Below are positions 12,381 to 22,974 of a stretch of 64,000 nt of DNA, piece after piece. The position numbers were made by a program, and so were the translations under genes. This DNA is from Carpediemonas membranifera BICM (Eukaryota > Protista > Fornicata), in contig JAHDYR010000025.1 in the NCBI GenBank assembly GCA_019828565.1, positions 1-64,000 of the forward strand, read 5' to 3'. How positions within the stretch are numbered: the first letter of the stretch is position 1; each line of letters opens with the position of its first letter. Below the pieces are notes generated by a model. That model ran no database searches. It was not told the origin of the DNA and worked only from the letters and a program-made list of their open reading frames with translations.

Positions 12381-13770
12381 TTACTTCTGATGCTTTTCCT
12401 GCTCTCTCTTCTCCATCAGGTCGTCATACTCGGCCCTCGTCAGCCTCACAGTTGTCATCCCGGCATCACGGATGTGCTCAAAGGCTTCAATGGGCAGCTT
12501 CGGCATCCCGTCCTCGCTGTCGCTGCTGCTGCCCAAGTCTGACTCGCTCTCGTGATAGCAGCGAAGGCGAATGCGTCTGCTGGGCTCCCTGGTCTTCATA
12601 GCGTCATAGAGCGGAGCGAGCCCACTTCCATTGGCCCCGCTACGGACACCCTCATCGGTATCTCTCTCAGACATATCACACTCAACCTGTTGTGACTGAA
12701 GAAATGACAGGTTATCGACGAGGCTATCCTCGGCATCGCTGTCTGAACTCTCCTCATCCTCCCACTCTCCTTCCAGCATCTCCAACCCGGCCTCATCGTC
12801 AAACTCGCCCTCCACTGCGGTCTCCGGCATCTCTGCCTCGCCAGCTGTCTCGTCAAACAGCGCCTCATCGTCAGACTCACCCTCCCCCGTGTCGCCCCCC
12901 CTCGGGCTTACGCTGGTCGTGGAGCTGGACCATCCTAATCCTGAGCTTGTTGTAAAGCCAGTCATCGAGCGTCGGCGGCACCAGGTCAGCAGAGCTTCGG
13001 ATCTCCGGGTTGAGATCGAGGATCGTTGGGCGCCGCGTGGTCGTTAAGTGACTGGACGCCAACTGATGCCTGAACTGCTCATCGGTCAGGCTGATGCGCT
13101 TGTCCTTAATGACCTTACGAACCTTGATCGGATCCCTGGGCCTGCCAGTCCGTCTTTGTGTCTCAATCACCCGCTTCTTGAGCTGATTGAGATCGACATG
13201 CACAGTGGGCGCATAGCGAAGCTGGTTAACACTCAGCCCGACCGACTTGAGAGCCTGCGAGAAGGTGCTAGGCATCACAGCGGACATCGCGGATGGTGCC
13301 CCGGTGAATAGCAACCAGTCAGCGAGTTCCGGGGGAATCTGGAGCTCGCTCACATCAATATCGCGGGCTGATGTGGCAGTCATGCCCGTGTGGCTGATGA
13401 TAAGAGCCAGCGCATTGTAGGGGAAGACTAGTCGGACAATAGCTTCCGATGCGACAGGCTCAAACTGCCCAAGCGGCTTGACATTGTCTCTGCCGGAGTT
13501 TCGGAATGAGTTGACGGCACTGAGAGTGACAGCAGCGGTTGCCTTGTTCAATGATGCAGCAAAACCGGGCACAAGCGATCTAACCTCCTCGGACCGGATC
13601 ACGGAGAGCGCTTCGTCCTCGGTACTCCCTCGCTCACGTTGTACGAATTGAACGAACCGCGAAAGGTTGTTTGCGACCGCTTTCCGGGAAGATTTCTTAC
13701 TGATGGTGCACAACCAAGCATTCTTCACAGCTTCCATGGTTGTTTCCATCTCCTGCGGGCTTCCTTCCAT
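12381..13770 (-). CDS. Degenerate tyrosine-recombinase-like protein with acidic C-terminus (one frameshift in the C-run near 12895)
   Basis: ORFs 12877-13770 and 12381-12965 join to match intact paralogue 39473-40834. Integrase-like patterns TLSAVNSF, LIISHTGMT and NQLRY lack a full catalytic set; the family call is tentative. Confidence 0.55.
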
Positions 13771-14887
13771 CGATATACGGATTTCAGACTTTCGTCATGC
13801 ACAAAAATTCGAATCTCTCCAAATGCCCAAAACAGTGGTCAAAGCGTGTTCAGGGGTACAAAAGAGTGCCATAGGCACGTTCTTGCATTTCAAAAATATT
13901 CTAGAGGTCGTTCATAAATTCTCAGATGGCCAACAGTACGAAAGTCTGAAATCCATTTATCATGAGACCCGACAAATTTGAAATCCATTTATCGGGTGGA
14001 TACATCACTGTAGAGGGTATTCATGGATATAGGTGCCTTTTTCGGTGCCGAGGGGAGTCAAAATTTGAGGTCGTGCAGGCAGAAAGTCTGAATTCCGTTT
14101 ATCTCACCACTGCTTAGTGTTCATGGCAGACAACGGCTTCCTGGCGACGCCTGAGGTGTAAGGATTCGCTTGCCTCTGTGTTGTCGCATCAGCTTCGCTG
14201 AAAACGGGGGAACTGACCCGCGCATTCGCGCACTTTATGCTCGCAACGAGATTGAAATGGCGAACTTAAGAATAGAAAGAATACTGGCGGCTTTAACGTA
14301 GTAGGCATGTGCACAACACTAAGAAACATCAGTAAGCGGGCGCAGAGCATCACTAAAGCAACAATAATCCCTAAACAACATCAAGTACCAAAAGTCCATC
14401 AGGACCATACGATATGAACAATAAATGAACCACAGAGCAGTATAGATGATTTGAGAGTACCAGGCATGGCCAGAATACCGCAATTATCGTCCGTTGATCC
14501 ACGTGACCTCCATCTTGGTCGGTATCCAGAGAACGCCCGTCAGACGCTTGCAACGGAACATTTAGGGGGAGCATCCTGAATGGGGCCAGATTTGAGGGAC
14601 CCTTGGTCTGACATGCCATGACCGAGTACTCTAGGGGCCTCCACAGTGCGTCCCGAGGTACGTTATAGCACCACAGACTTGGTGTGTCTTAGCCTGCACC
14701 GCCCGAAAGCTCGCCGGATCACTCCCCATACGTTATATCGCCATTCAGTCCACATAATGGGTGTTCTCGGAGCGATTATATCCCCCGTTTGTATGGTATA
14801 ACGTTTCCGACACCCCGTTGCCTACGGTTACTGGCAATTTTCTCATCTCTGTTATATGTCCATTATTGGGATATAACGAAGAGAAGA

Positions 14888-16655
14888 ATGACGTTCGAAT
14901 TCCTTCACGAGTGGATCGAGAGCACCTCAGATGATGTGATTGAGGCCGTTATCACCGAATTCAAGGAGAAGAAGACAAACAAGGCGAAGAGTGCCGTTCT
15001 TCGGGACAAATTGCTCGACGAGAACGATATCTTCGATATAGTCGTCAAGAACGGTACGTAATTGGTGCAAATGTTTATATAGGGATCAACTTCAACCACC
15101 TGTGCTCATATTTCGAGATTCAGGGCGAGAAGAAGGCAGAACTCGAGGCATTGCTGTCTCAGCAGGTGCAGGATAAGACCTCGAACGAGATCATCGAGGC
15201 AACCTTCACGGAGAAGGAGATGAAGGCGTTTGAGTCGGCCGCTGTCACAGCCTTCAAGAACTCCAAGAGGGCTGAGTATGCCAAGGAGAATGAGGGCGCG
15301 CGTATCGAAAAGAGGCGCTGAGTGTCAAGGTTCGGGCGTGGCGCAACGCGACATCCACCAACGCGCTTGTGCGCGACCATGTCACAGCAATGGTTGCCAG
15401 GGTGCGCAGCAAGGAGGCAGACCTTGCTTACATGAAGCACTCCTGCCGCTCGCACTTCGAAGAGTACATCATCGCCCTGGAATGGTTGGAGACCCCCGCG
15501 GGAGAAGGTACGCCCCTGCTCCCCCCAGGTACTGGCGCTATCATCGATTACTATCACAAAATTGTTCGAGGATACAAGAAGAGAGTCAAGCAGTTGAGGA
15601 AGAGCTTGACGGCAAAGAGTGAGGAAGTCATCACGCTGCATCGACGCCTTCTGCAGCAGCAGGCTGAGCGAGAGGCAGCCTATGACGCTGACAAGTCCAT
15701 GGATGCATCACTCCCATGCAGCCCCATCCCGCCACAGTCTGGCACAGTCTCCAGGACTTCCTGTCCCCGACGCGATACGGACGAGCCCGAGGCCTCCATG
15801 TCTGTGAAGCGCAAGGCCCTCATCATCACGCCCGAGAAGGCCAGGCCAGAGGACTCGGAGGAGGAGTCAGAGGAGGAGGAGATAGAGGAGGAGGTGACTG
15901 TTGAGAAGAAGGGTGAGTCAGATGAGGAGGACGTGACCAAATGCGACGCCTGTATCCAGACTGAGCCCGAGAAGGCCAGACCTGTGACCTGCGAGACTGG
16001 AACTGAGATGAACGAAGGTGACGACCGTACCCCCGACAGATGACAAGGATGTCCAGACCGAGGAGAGAGAGGACTGCCTGGACGAGTTCACACGTCACCT
16101 CCGGTCGAAGTTCAAGCCGTACAACCCCCCAGGCGATGGTGACTGTGTTGGCCACTGCCTCAGGCATGTGTCTAACGAGCGTGACGTACCGACAACAGAT
16201 TGGCGTGAGCAGCTTCAAGCTGCTGCAGGGATTATGCAGAAGCGCGACCTACTTCCGGCAGACTATCAGCTCTTTTACAGCCATGCCAGTTCAACAGGCA
16301 AGGGTGGCAAGAACGACAGTCTTCCATACTGCCGGGACACCGCAATTCAGGTCTGGTCACAGATTCACAACGTGCCCATTGCATCCATCCAGGACGGCAC
16401 AATCGTCTTCTTCCAGGGTAGAGACAAGGGTAACATCACCCTGACAAACACTAATGCGAGCATGTCCGTCATCCGTGTCATTGCAAACGTGATTGGCGTC
16501 AATGACTACATTTATATCTCCGGCACGCCAACTGACGTCACAGCACACGCGGAAGTGTACCATGCAACACCTGTTGAGCTGAGGAAGGCAGAATCGCACC
16601 TGTCTGCCCAACAGAACACAGAGGATGACTGTTATTTTGTGGAATGAGTCAGTAG
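14888..16655 (+). CDS. Two-exon coiled-coil/acidic protein with C-terminal OTU-like cysteine protease domain
   Basis: Exon 1 14888-15053 and 29 nt GT-AG intron 15054-15082 splice in frame (KN-G-INFNHL); PGDGDCVGHC and distal AHAEVY; homopolymer frameshifts near 15310, 16030 and 16637. Confidence 0.7.
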
Positions 16656-18637
16656 TAAATGAATGAATTGCGGTGGCGTCGTGGTGCTGCCGTGGTGCTG
16701 TTGGCTTTGGGGCGCTGACTGGACAGCTGGTGGCAGTATTGATGTTGTTTATGCAATTAAAGTTCATATCGTTTCTTCTAGCTCGTTCCTTGTGTGGTTT
16801 CGTGGTTCCTTTGACTCGTTTGATGTTGTTATTGAGTATCATGGGCCATAGCGGCCGTCAGACGCTATTGATGTGTTATTATACAAGCTTATATCCTCAA
16901 TAAAGCTCTATAGCTCATTGGCACTGATTGATGACTGAGCCACTATTGGTGCACTTTATGGCTCGCAACGAGATTGAATGACGAACTCCGTCATCCGTGT
17001 CATTGCAAAAGGTGATTAGCGTCAGTGACTACATTTATCTCCAACTCATCTACAAATGCAAATATCGAGTGTCTCCCACCCCATCATCTCTGCAATCTCT
17101 GCAAAGACTGCCATGAGAACTACTCTGCAATTGCGGGAATCAAACTGAGTAAAACTGACTTGTGCTTGTGTTTTGGCGTGTCTTCGGTTGGGCTGTTGAC
17201 TGACAGTGTTTATCGGCTGCTACAGGTTTCTCTCTATTTACAGATCTATTCACATCGAAAACTCGTTGTAATTTGCTATGTAGTATGAACAAAATGTCTT
17301 GATCCTTGCCGTGCAGCGCTTCATCTGCTCTAATTCACCATCAATGCGAGAATCAATGAAGTGCGCTCGTTGAATCCCATAAACAACGTCTAGCTCCAAT
17401 TCTCCCTTCAATCGTTAATGCTATACGTTTCGCCGGCGATACCGGCGTCGCTCGTGTGTTTTCTTCATCGGGCGTCATCTGAAATGCGCAGTTTATGCGG
17501 AGCCTGGTTGGCTGTATAAAAGAGGTCCAGATGTGTATCTATCCCTGTATTGACTATCGTGCGTGGAAGAGCGGCGAGCTTCTGGAATCAACGGGGCGAA
17601 TCTGCCCTTTGTATTCCGGCAGCGCACGGCCCTGCCACACACGTCCTAACTCGTCATTAAGGTCGTTAGTGACCCTACAAACACTCATGCGCGCATCATC
17701 TTACCTTTCATTAACGAGATTGGCTCTCGCACCGCCCCAAATGGCCGTATGAACCAGGCGCTTGCCGGTCGCAACCTTTCGTCATCAATAGAACTCTATG
17801 CTCGCCACTTCACTGTTCCAGCAGTGTTATATTGCCAATGGGGACGTTTCAGATGTCTGAGCGAGCGATACTGAGTAAAAGCCGACTTGATATTGATTAG
17901 TTGTGGGAAAAGAGGCTTATGCCATCTAGAATGAGCGAAAGCATGCTCAGATGGGCAAATATCTCGAATGCTGTCTTGCTATGAGCTCTATCACAGTCAT
18001 TTCTGGATATCTCCGACATTGCTTCCGTCATTACCATTTTTTTCATGCAGGCGGCGTGACCTTAAACTGAACAATAACAATAACTCCCCCAATTGGAAGA
18101 GTTCACACCTGAAACCATTATGCCTGAGGTTTCAGCCAAGGGCGAGTACATTGCCGTCTTTTTAATTCCAATAACTTTAACTTTTTCTTCGCGTTGACCG
18201 CCCAAGAATGTTCTCCTTACACGACGGTCTGGGCATCATCGTGTAGTAATACTTGTGTTTACTCGGCCTCTTGGTTTTTAGTTGCAGCGTAGAAAAATTC
18301 CCTGAGCTGTGCGCTCATCAATAACGCCTCTCGACTCGGCCCGAGTCTTTTGCTAAAAATCTCGAGATCTGTTCTGTCCCCTTCGCAGATTTTTGTTGGA
18401 TCACAAGCACTACTGGTGTAGATCAGATCCTGCAAAAAAACTGCGAAGGGGACAGAGCCAAAGTGGTCGAACTTGAAAAAATGGCTCTCGTCGTCAAGAA
18501 GAAGTCACCCATACTCAGGTCACAGCTTAGCCCACAGTTAGCCATCAATGCAGTGAATAGAGAACTAGTACTGCTACCCAGCCATACCATTCTTATTTAC
18601 TGACAGAGCCTGGTTCCTCTGATTAATTCAAACGTCT

Positions 18638-18711
18638 TGACTTAAAGTCAAGTTTTGGCCTTGACTTTAAGTCACAAAAACTTGACTTGAAGTCAAGGAA
18701 TTGACAGTATG
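18638..18711 (-). repeat. TIR, A-type end
   Basis: Reverse complement of 5999-6072. Confidence 0.9.
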
Positions 18712-20304
18712 GACTAGTGGACGAGAACGAGCTGCCAACGCTGCTGGTCAGGGCTAGACCCGACCTCGAACAGAGATTCAGAGTCAATTACAACAACGCG
18801 CAGAGCATGGAGTGGCTAGACCTGTGGACCAGCCGGTGGCAATCACGGGAAGCACCCAAGAGAGTATGCCCCTACCACAGCCACACGGCGGGGTGCTATC
18901 ACTGCGCACTGGCGGACAGCACACTGTTCGCAATCAGAGTTCTAGCACTATTCAGAGGCACCAACGGCATCGGTGAGTTAGAGGACGCCCTCAGACTGCT
19001 GCAGCCAGCCATTGAGGAAGAGGTCAGAGCAGCCAGAGAAAGCAGTGACATCATAGCAGGGCTGGGGTTCCAGCCGAGGCACACAGCGTTCCAGGAGTTT
19101 GGCCCCCACCCAGCGTTCAGAGAGATCAGAGACGGGCACCAGGGCAACAGGTTCCTTGTAGTGCCAGACAGAGAACACAGGTTCGGCATTGGCTTCGGAT
19201 TTGCAGAGGTAGCGATGGGGATGAAGGGCCTGCTCCTATCCCCTGACGCCTTCACTGACAGAGACAACAGAGTCACTAGGAACCCTATCTGGACACTGGA
19301 AGAGGAGCTAGACAACCCAGAGCAACTCAGAGCGGTCCAGGGCCGAGCCGGCCTTGGAGCGCACAACGAAGAGAACATGGTCACACTGTCACAGCTCGTC
19401 AACTGGTGGCCCAGCAGAGAGCGCATCGCCCGGCAAGAGACCTGGGGATGCGAAGAGCTAGCAGAGGCACTCAGAGAGTTTGAAGGGCGCATAGCCAATG
19501 TCAAAGCCCCCCGAACGCCAGAGCCTCCATCAGAGTCGCATTCATCCCCAGAGACTGGGGAATGATCAGAACCAGAGACGCGGGGTCTATCCTGAAGCGC
19601 ATGCGCTGGGAAGGCCGACGCATGGTCACCACAGTGATCCCGGAAGAGGCCAGAGTCAGAATGGGGGCATCCCACCCAGCGGATACAAACCCGACGTGGA
19701 CGGCAAGGACGAGATGCCCTTCAGGGTCACGTACAGAGACACTCACCTCCAGATGGCAGTCGGCGAAGTCGAGCACCAAGTGGTAGGCAGGAACTTCAGA
19801 GACATCCTGGACCCGGCAACCCGGGTGGACAGACGCCGCGAGGACGAGCGCCGTGACCACAAAGAGATCAGGCGCCCGGACATCAGAGATGAGAGACACC
19901 ACGACAGAGAGGTGGGTCACCAAGTTGACAGAGAGGCCAGACGTCCGGCTGACTATGAGGTCAGACGCCCCATCGCCAGAGAAGCTGACCAACCCACCGA
20001 AAGAGACATCAGACACCCTGACGACAGAGAGGCTGGGCGCCTCATCGACAGAGAAATCAGACGTCCTGAAATCTATGAACGCGACACGGAGCTCGAACGT
20101 CTGGAAGCCAGGGCCAACAGAGCAGAACAGGGCGGTCTCCGGATCAGACCCGACTTCGAAGAGGCAGAGAGGCGCCAGCGGGAGAGAAACGAGTGGCTTA
20201 GAGAACATCTTGGAACAACCAGAGACAACCGCAGAGGCAACCACTCCTCAGCAGCCGGCAAGCGAGGCAGCCAAGGCAGAGACGACCTATCCGAGTCAGG
20301 AAAG
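18712..20304 (+). pseudogene. Duplicated fragment of LINE family 1 ORF1
   Basis: ORFs 18717-19565 and 19498-20304 match the reverse complement of 4404-5998. Confidence 0.85.
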
Positions 20305-20310
20305 GGAAAG

Positions 20311-20510
20311 GATCCCTATATAAACATTTGCACCAATTACGTACCGTTCTTGACGACTATATCGAAGATATCGTTCTCGTCGAGCAATTTGTCCCGAAGA
20401 ACGGCACTCTTCGCCTTGTTTGTCTTCTTCTCCTTGAATTCGGTGATAACGGCCTCAATCACATCATCTGAGGTGCTCTCGATCCACTCGTGAAGGAATT
20501 CGAACGTCAT
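20311..20510 (-). pseudogene. Exon 1, intron and first bases of exon 2 of the interrupted OTU-like gene
   Basis: Reverse complement of 14888-15087. Confidence 0.8.
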
Positions 20511-21286
20511 TCTTCTCTTCGTTATATCCCAATAATGGACATATAACAGAGATGAGAAAATTGCCAGTAACCGTAGGCAACGGGGTGTCGGAAACGTTAT
20601 ACCATACAAACGGGGGATATAATCGCTCCGAGAACACCCATTATGTGGACTGAATGGCGATATAACGTATGGGGAGTGATCCGGCGAGCTTTCGGGCGGT
20701 GCAGGCTAAGACACACCAAGTCTGTGGTGCTATAACGTACCTCGGGACGCACTGTGGAGGCCCCTAGAGTACTCGGTCATGGCATGTCAGACCAAGGGTC
20801 CCTCAAATCTGGCCCCATTCAGGATGCTCCCCCTAAATGTTCCGTTGCAAGCGTCTGACGGGCGTTCTCTGGATACCGACCAAGATGGAGGTCACGTGGA
20901 TGAACGGACGATAATTACGGTATTCTGGCCATGCCTGGTACTCTCAAATCATCTGTACTGCTCTATGCTCCATTTATAGTTCATATCGTTTCGTCCTGAT
21001 GGACTTTTGGTACTTGATGTTGTTTAGAGATAATTGTTGCTTTAATGATGCTCTGCGCCCGCATACTGATGTTTCTTAGTGATATGTGCATGCCTGTATC
21101 GTTAAAGCCGCCAGTATTCTTCCTATTCTTAAGTTCGCCATTTCAGTCTCGTTGCGAGCATAAAGTGCACATTGTGAAAGGAAAGTGGGTGGTTATCTAA
21201 TGGATACAGGGCAGGACAAGGCACACAAATGCCGTCCTGAGGTTTGGCATGGGATACTGATCTCATACGACAAAAATGGGCGGTGG

Positions 21287-21347
21287 TGTCATAAGGCATC
21301 CACGTCCGCAGTTTATGTAAATGTTCCAATCTCTTCGCCCCGGCACA
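21287..21347 (+). repeat. 5' LTR (61 bp)
   Basis: TGTCATAAGG...CCGGCACA, identical to 25809-25869. Confidence 0.92.
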
Positions 21348-21363
21348 GTGATCACTTTCCGAA

Positions 21364-22974
21364 ATGAATAATTGGATTCCGCCATCACTATCGGACTTCT
21401 CTAGAGAGTCCGTTCGCGCGTTCAAACGCGCCCTCACGTTCGCGCAGAAGCATGCTCCTACCACAACCGTCATAACGGCTTACGAGTGCCTCACCGAGGA
21501 TCAAGTCAGTCATGTCCGATTTGTCCGCAACGTCGACGTCGAAGCACTCAACGACGCAGAACTTCTCGCCGAAATCACCGCTCTTTCTTTCCCGAGAACC
21601 CTTGAGAAAACCATCCAAGAAATCCGGGCCCTCACGCAGGACCGAACCAAGTCCACGATCGAGGCCGTATCTCGTCTCATGGCTGAGACCGAGGAGCTGC
21701 GCTCCCACGCCCATGCCCTTCTCAACGCCGAGCTCGGCGCCAAGCCAGAGCCCGAGCCCGCCGAGGTGGATGAAGACGAGGCCGCCCTCAGCAAGGTCAT
21801 CACCCAGAAGCCAGACAGCACGCCGAGTGAGCAGGACACCCCGAGAAAAGCCAGCCCCACCCGCGGACTCGATAAGATCATCGCCAAAGCTTTTATCGCC
21901 GCCCTTCGCCCGGTCTCACTTGCCAACCGTATTCAGCAAAAGTGGGACCTCTCTGGCGCCCGGGACATCGATAGCTTATTTGTGCACACGCGCGAGCTCA
22001 TACTGCACGCCATTGACGCCCGTGAAGTCCTCGGAAGCGTGATTCAAGACATATCCATCACATCCTCCAGCACGAGCTCCATCACGAGCTCCAGCACTGG
22101 CCCGAAACATAGCCAGAACGCCAACACAAGATCCCGCCGCGAGCGCCGGCGCCCTCCTCCATACGCGTGCTCCTGTGGAGGCATGCACTGGAAGGCTGAT
22201 TGCCCGCACCGCGGCAGCACGCCCGGACAGCCCCAGGCTACCAAAGGCCACCCCGCCGCGGCCCGCGACGCCAGACCGGCACATCAGCCGCAACGCCAGC
22301 CCCAAGCGGCCAACAAACCGGCCCAGCCACAGCCGGCACCAGCTGCTCAGAAGCAGCAGCAACAGTCATCCCAGCAGCCACAGCCTCGCCCCGACGAGAG
22401 ACGCGCTGGGAACATGGTGCTCCGGGACAGATCCAAGCTGATCAACTCTCGTCCAGGAGTCCACGAAGTCGAAGTCGCACACAATGCTTGTGATGATGCC
22501 TTTATCGAAGAAGTTGCCGCTTCAACTGCATTCTCAGTTAAGGGAGCTGTGAATGACCAAGAACAGGTGATATTGATCGATAGCGGCTCCGCAATCACGA
22601 TCATCTCCACAACCTCCGTTAAGACGCTCCAACTCGTCACACATGAGCTTGAAAAGCCATTTACTGTTCAGTCCGTTACCAATGAGCCCATCCTCATCAC
22701 TCACTACGTCCAAGCGCGGATCACGTTGCCCAGCACATCTGGAAACGTCATCGTCGATCTCATCCTCTACATCATGACGCGCGCCACTGAACGTGTGCTC
22801 ATTGGATGCGACGTGCTTCGCGCGCTCGGTTATCTCTCCGAGAGTGGCCTCCACATCCCACTTCTTCCGGATTCACGCCCGGAGGACGCCACCGATGGCC
22901 TCCCCACTCCACAAGTACCTCGACGCCCCCGTCGAGGCCGTCTCCTCAAGCGAGTTTCACACCGACGCGTGTGA
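21364..22974 (+). CDS. gag: Gag-protease
   Basis: Zn-knuckle variant CSCGGMHWKADC; aspartic protease motifs ILIDSGS and LIGCD. Confidence 0.85.
   Translation: MNNWIPPSLSDFSRESVRAFKRALTFAQKHAPTTTVITAYECLTEDQVSHVRFVRNVDVEALNDAELLAEITALSFPRTLEKTIQEIRALTQDRTKSTIEAVSRLMAETEELRSHAHALLNAELGAKPEPEPAEVDEDEAALSKVITQKPDSTPSEQDTPRKASPTRGLDKIIAKAFIAALRPVSLANRIQQKWDLSGARDIDSLFVHTRELILHAIDAREVLGSVIQDISITSSSTSSITSSSTGPKHSQNANTRSRRERRRPPPYACSCGGMHWKADCPHRGSTPGQPQATKGHPAAARDARPAHQPQRQPQAANKPAQPQPAPAAQKQQQQSSQQPQPRPDERRAGNMVLRDRSKLINSRPGVHEVEVAHNACDDAFIEEVAASTAFSVKGAVNDQEQVILIDSGSAITIISTTSVKTLQLVTHELEKPFTVQSVTNEPILITHYVQARITLPSTSGNVIVDLILYIMTRATERVLIGCDVLRALGYLSESGLHIPLLPDSRPEDATDGLPTPQVPRRPRRGRLLKRVSHRRV

Larger units (their letters stand above)
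9592..18711. mobile_element. Complete 9.1 kb non-autonomous A/B element copy, inverted relative to the outer copy
   Basis: B-type TIR 9592-9665 and A-type TIR 18638-18711; contains a divergently transcribed YR-like and OTU-like gene pair; no transposase ORF. Confidence 0.8.
15120..20304. repeat. 5.2 kb inverted duplication of 4404-9591
   Basis: Near-identical reverse complement including the A-end/LINE junction; scattered SNPs and homopolymer indels. Confidence 0.95.

Noticed and set aside
9590-18713. GA on both sides of the 9.1 kb copy as a TSD
   Set aside because: The flanks come from different genes (OTU vs LINE ORF1), so the 2 bp match is coincidental.
22940-22960. Ty3-type GCGAGTT +1 frameshift heptamer
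   Set aside because: It is not in the gag reading frame; whether the PR/RT frame change is programmed or an error remains unresolved.
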